Shown here piece after piece: positions 7,356 through 9,368 of a stretch of 9,368 nucleotides of DNA. The position numbers were made by a program, and so were the translations under genes. The stretch is taken from positions 1 through 9,368 of the IMG/VR virus record IMGVR_UViG_3300017469_000039, one strand, 5' to 3'. Below the pieces are notes generated by a model. The model worked only from the letters and a program-made list of their open reading frames with translations. It was not told the origin of the DNA and searched no databases. The stretch's first letter is position 1, and the number at the start of each line of letters is the position of its first letter.

Positions 7356-7742
7356 ATGCAAATGAAAATAGTCTCTATAAATAAAGATGTAGTTGTAAAT
7401 CTAAATAAGCAATTTTTTGTTTTAGAAGTTTTAGAAGGCGATAAATACGTAATTAATGATTTTACTTGGAACTCGAAAGTCTTAGAAGGGTATGAAGATG
7501 TGCTAATATTTAAGGACACTGACATTTATTATGCTGAGTGGGTTGATGCAAATTTAGTTCTACATCAAGTGATAGACTATGATCATTTAGCAAGATATCT
7601 GCATAACTTATTGCCACAACAATTTGGGTATTTCTATCTTATAACTAATAAATTTGTGCTAACTTTGCCAACTCACTTACTTATGAAGTTACCGTTAGTT
7701 GATGACCCTCTATTAACAAAGTATCATATAATCATAAATTGA
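7356..7742 (+). CDS. Hypothetical protein, first gene of an operon with the glutamine amidotransferase
   Basis: ORF preceded by TTTTTAAA (7321-7328). Its stop overlaps the SD of the next gene. Start could be 7353, 7356 or 7362. Confidence 0.78.
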   Translation: MQMKIVSINKDVVVNLNKQFFVLEVLEGDKYVINDFTWNSKVLEGYEDVLIFKDTDIYYAEWVDANLVLHQVIDYDHLARYLHNLLPQQFGYFYLITNKFVLTLPTHLLMKLPLVDDPLLTKYHIIIN

Positions 7743-7752
7743 GGTGAGTCTC

Positions 7753-8505
7753 ATGTGCTATAACTTAATTGTTAAAATATTTGATGTGAACAAAAAGCAA
7801 AAGAAAGAAGTCAAAAATCTGCTAAAAGAAATTTTCAATGAATTTAAATACAATGATGATGGGGCGTTTCTGTATAATTCTCTAAGTTCACAAATCATCA
7901 GAACTTTGAATTACAATGAATTTGAGAAAAAACTAGAGAATCTGAAAATCAGTAATAATACGCTAATACACATGCATTTAAGAAAAGCAACTTCTGGAAG
8001 CGTTACAGAGCAGAATATTCACGGTTGGCAAATAGGCAATTATATATGCAGTCATAACGGTTACTACGGCTATTCATATTATTATTCAATGAGCAAAAGC
8101 AAGTTAGATGATAATAGTGATAGTTATGAGTTCTTCTCAAAAAATGCAGAAGCAATAAATAATGAAGATATTGATAAAATCGATACTGACGGCTTTTACG
8201 GAGTTGCTTATTGCAATTCATTAGATTCTAAAAAATTATTGATTATATCAAAACATAAGACTGCAAAACTGTATTACTTACGTAGTTTGATATTAATTTC
8301 AAATGAGAGCTTAGATAATATATTATCACAATATTATACCGTCGGTGACTTTAAATTTAGATTAACAATGCCGAAAGCGGAGATAGAGAATAAAATTATA
8401 TTATTAGATACTAACACTTTCAAAATAATTAAGCAAAGGGATATAAAAGATTACTACTATTATTACAGTTACAGAAACAAGAATTACGACATCTACGATT
8501 TGTAA
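7753..8505 (+). CDS. Class II (Ntn-hydrolase) glutamine amidotransferase (~250 aa)
   Basis: SD GAGGTGA (7741-7747) points to ATG 7753, giving a Met-Cys start (N-terminal nucleophile). Motifs DDG, HLRKATSG, NIH, SHNG and SDS. Confidence 0.9.
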   Translation: MCYNLIVKIFDVNKKQKKEVKNLLKEIFNEFKYNDDGAFLYNSLSSQIIRTLNYNEFEKKLENLKISNNTLIHMHLRKATSGSVTEQNIHGWQIGNYICSHNGYYGYSYYYSMSKSKLDDNSDSYEFFSKNAEAINNEDIDKIDTDGFYGVAYCNSLDSKKLLIISKHKTAKLYYLRSLILISNESLDNILSQYYTVGDFKFRLTMPKAEIENKIILLDTNTFKIIKQRDIKDYYYYYSYRNKNYDIYDL

Positions 8506-8519
8506 TTTTTTTATTTTTC
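8506..8519 (+). terminator. Oligo(T) terminator after the amidotransferase
   Basis: T-tracts immediately after the TAA. Similar tracts follow the stops at 534 and 1604. Confidence 0.5.
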
Positions 8520-8530
8520 ATGTTTAAAGT

Positions 8531-8550
8531 TAAACGTTTTTTTACGTTTA
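8531..8550. repeat. Perfect 7-bp inverted repeat TAAACGT-T6-ACGTTTA
   Basis: Read directly from the sequence, 20 nt upstream of the amidoligase BRE-TATA. Confidence 0.6.
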
Positions 8551-8570
8551 TTCTCATGTCTCTTTTTATC

Positions 8571-8587
8571 GAAAGTTTTAAATAGTC
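8571..8587 (+). promoter_or_regulatory. Strong BRE-TATA(+GTC) promoter of the amidoligase
   Basis: GAAAGTTTTAAATAGTC; the TATA ends 23 nt before ATG 8608 (leaderless spacing). Confidence 0.75.
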
Positions 8588-8607
8588 TTTTCTCTATATT
8601 TCTAATT

Positions 8608-9368
8608 ATGAGAAAAATAATTAGTTCAATAGGAGTTGAATTAGAGGGCGTAATGCCCGATTCTCAAGTAAATCAAGCAATCACTTTTTTAAGAGAAAAG
8701 TATGAAAAGAAGGGGCTAATTCATGATATTGAAGCCCATCATGACGGTAGTATAGAAGTTAGCAATTATGATGAGACTGATGTTGAAATAACATTTTGGA
8801 GTCCAGCGTCAAACTATGAAAAGATATCTCAATTATATGGCGAAATTTATGATGAGTTAGCGGAGAAGTTTAGCTTTTATCAAAATTCTTCATGCGGGAA
8901 TCATATGCATTTAAAGCTAAGTTCTACAGTCTATTATTTCATATTATCGCTTCCTTCTAGTATTAAAATGTTTAAAGAAAAGTATGTTGAAAGATACAAG
9001 AACAACAGAAAGTATTTAAACAGATTGTTAAATAGATACAGTAAAGACTTTGAAGACCTTCAAGATATTGAAGACAATCAAAGAAACGGAGATAGATATC
9101 ATTTTATCAATTTCTCTTCAATGTATAAGCATAGTGATACGCAAACAGTAGAAATTCGTATAATGCCGTGGGCTGAAAGCGGTAGAGAGTACAGCGAAAT
9201 GGTTCAATTTAATTTAAACACTGTAGATGATATTGTATGGAGACAATATTTAAATGCTAAGAAATCATACTTGAGAGATCACGGAAGAGAATTGTATATT
9301 AATCATGTGAAGTATTATAGCCCTTATTTAGTTAATTATCTTTGGGGAAACGTTAAAGAACGCTTACT
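8608..9368 (+). CDS. Putative amidoligase (COOH-NH2 ligase, glutamine synthetase/gamma-glutamylcysteine ligase fold); 3' end beyond the window
   Basis: Manual translation is open to the window end: IGVELEG, HHDGS, VEI, SCGNHMH, DRYHFINF and TVEIR. These are the GxExE / DxS / E / GxHxH / RY..N / ExR motifs of phage amidoligases. Adjacent to a class II GATase. Confidence 0.88.
   Translation, partial: MRKIISSIGVELEGVMPDSQVNQAITFLREKYEKKGLIHDIEAHHDGSIEVSNYDETDVEITFWSPASNYEKISQLYGEIYDELAEKFSFYQNSSCGNHMHLKLSSTVYYFILSLPSSIKMFKEKYVERYKNNRKYLNRLLNRYSKDFEDLQDIEDNQRNGDRYHFINFSSMYKHSDTQTVEIRIMPWAESGREYSEMVQFNLNTVDDIVWRQYLNAKKSYLRDHGRELYINHVKYYSPYLVNYLWGNVKERL

Noticed and set aside
7184-7525. 113-aa minus-strand ORF as a full gene
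   Set aside because: Its 5' half is antisense to the 7356 gene and crosses that promoter; only the 3' part is kept as a low-interest finding.
7744-7752. GTG start of the amidotransferase given by the ORF track
   Set aside because: The GTG lies inside the SD GAGGTGA, and Ntn enzymes need Cys at position 2, which supports ATG 7753.
8003-8221. 72-aa minus-strand ORF
   Set aside because: Antisense to the amidotransferase catalytic region.

Overview
Very AT-rich, gene-dense segment that reads as part of a rudivirus-type (SIRV-like) genome infecting Sulfolobales. The core is a rudiviral replication/recombination block: Cas4-like nuclease, AAA+ ATPase, ssDNA-binding protein and a divergent HUH Rep, resembling SIRV2 gp16-gp19. 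An SvtR-like RHH repressor missing from the ORF track lies at 6815-6961. To the left are small accessory genes, including a CX5R phosphatase and two orphans behind strong BRE-TATA promoters. Between rep and svtR is a three-gene membrane-associated cassette. To the right is the most interesting module: an unknown ORF, a class II (Ntn) glutamine amidotransferase with Tyr-rich tracts, and a glutamine-synthetase-fold COOH-NH2 amidoligase (8608 to window end, also not in the ORF track). Two promoter classes are visible: GAAARWTTTAAATA and TATA followed by GTC. All family assignments come from motif recognition and recall; no database searches were run.
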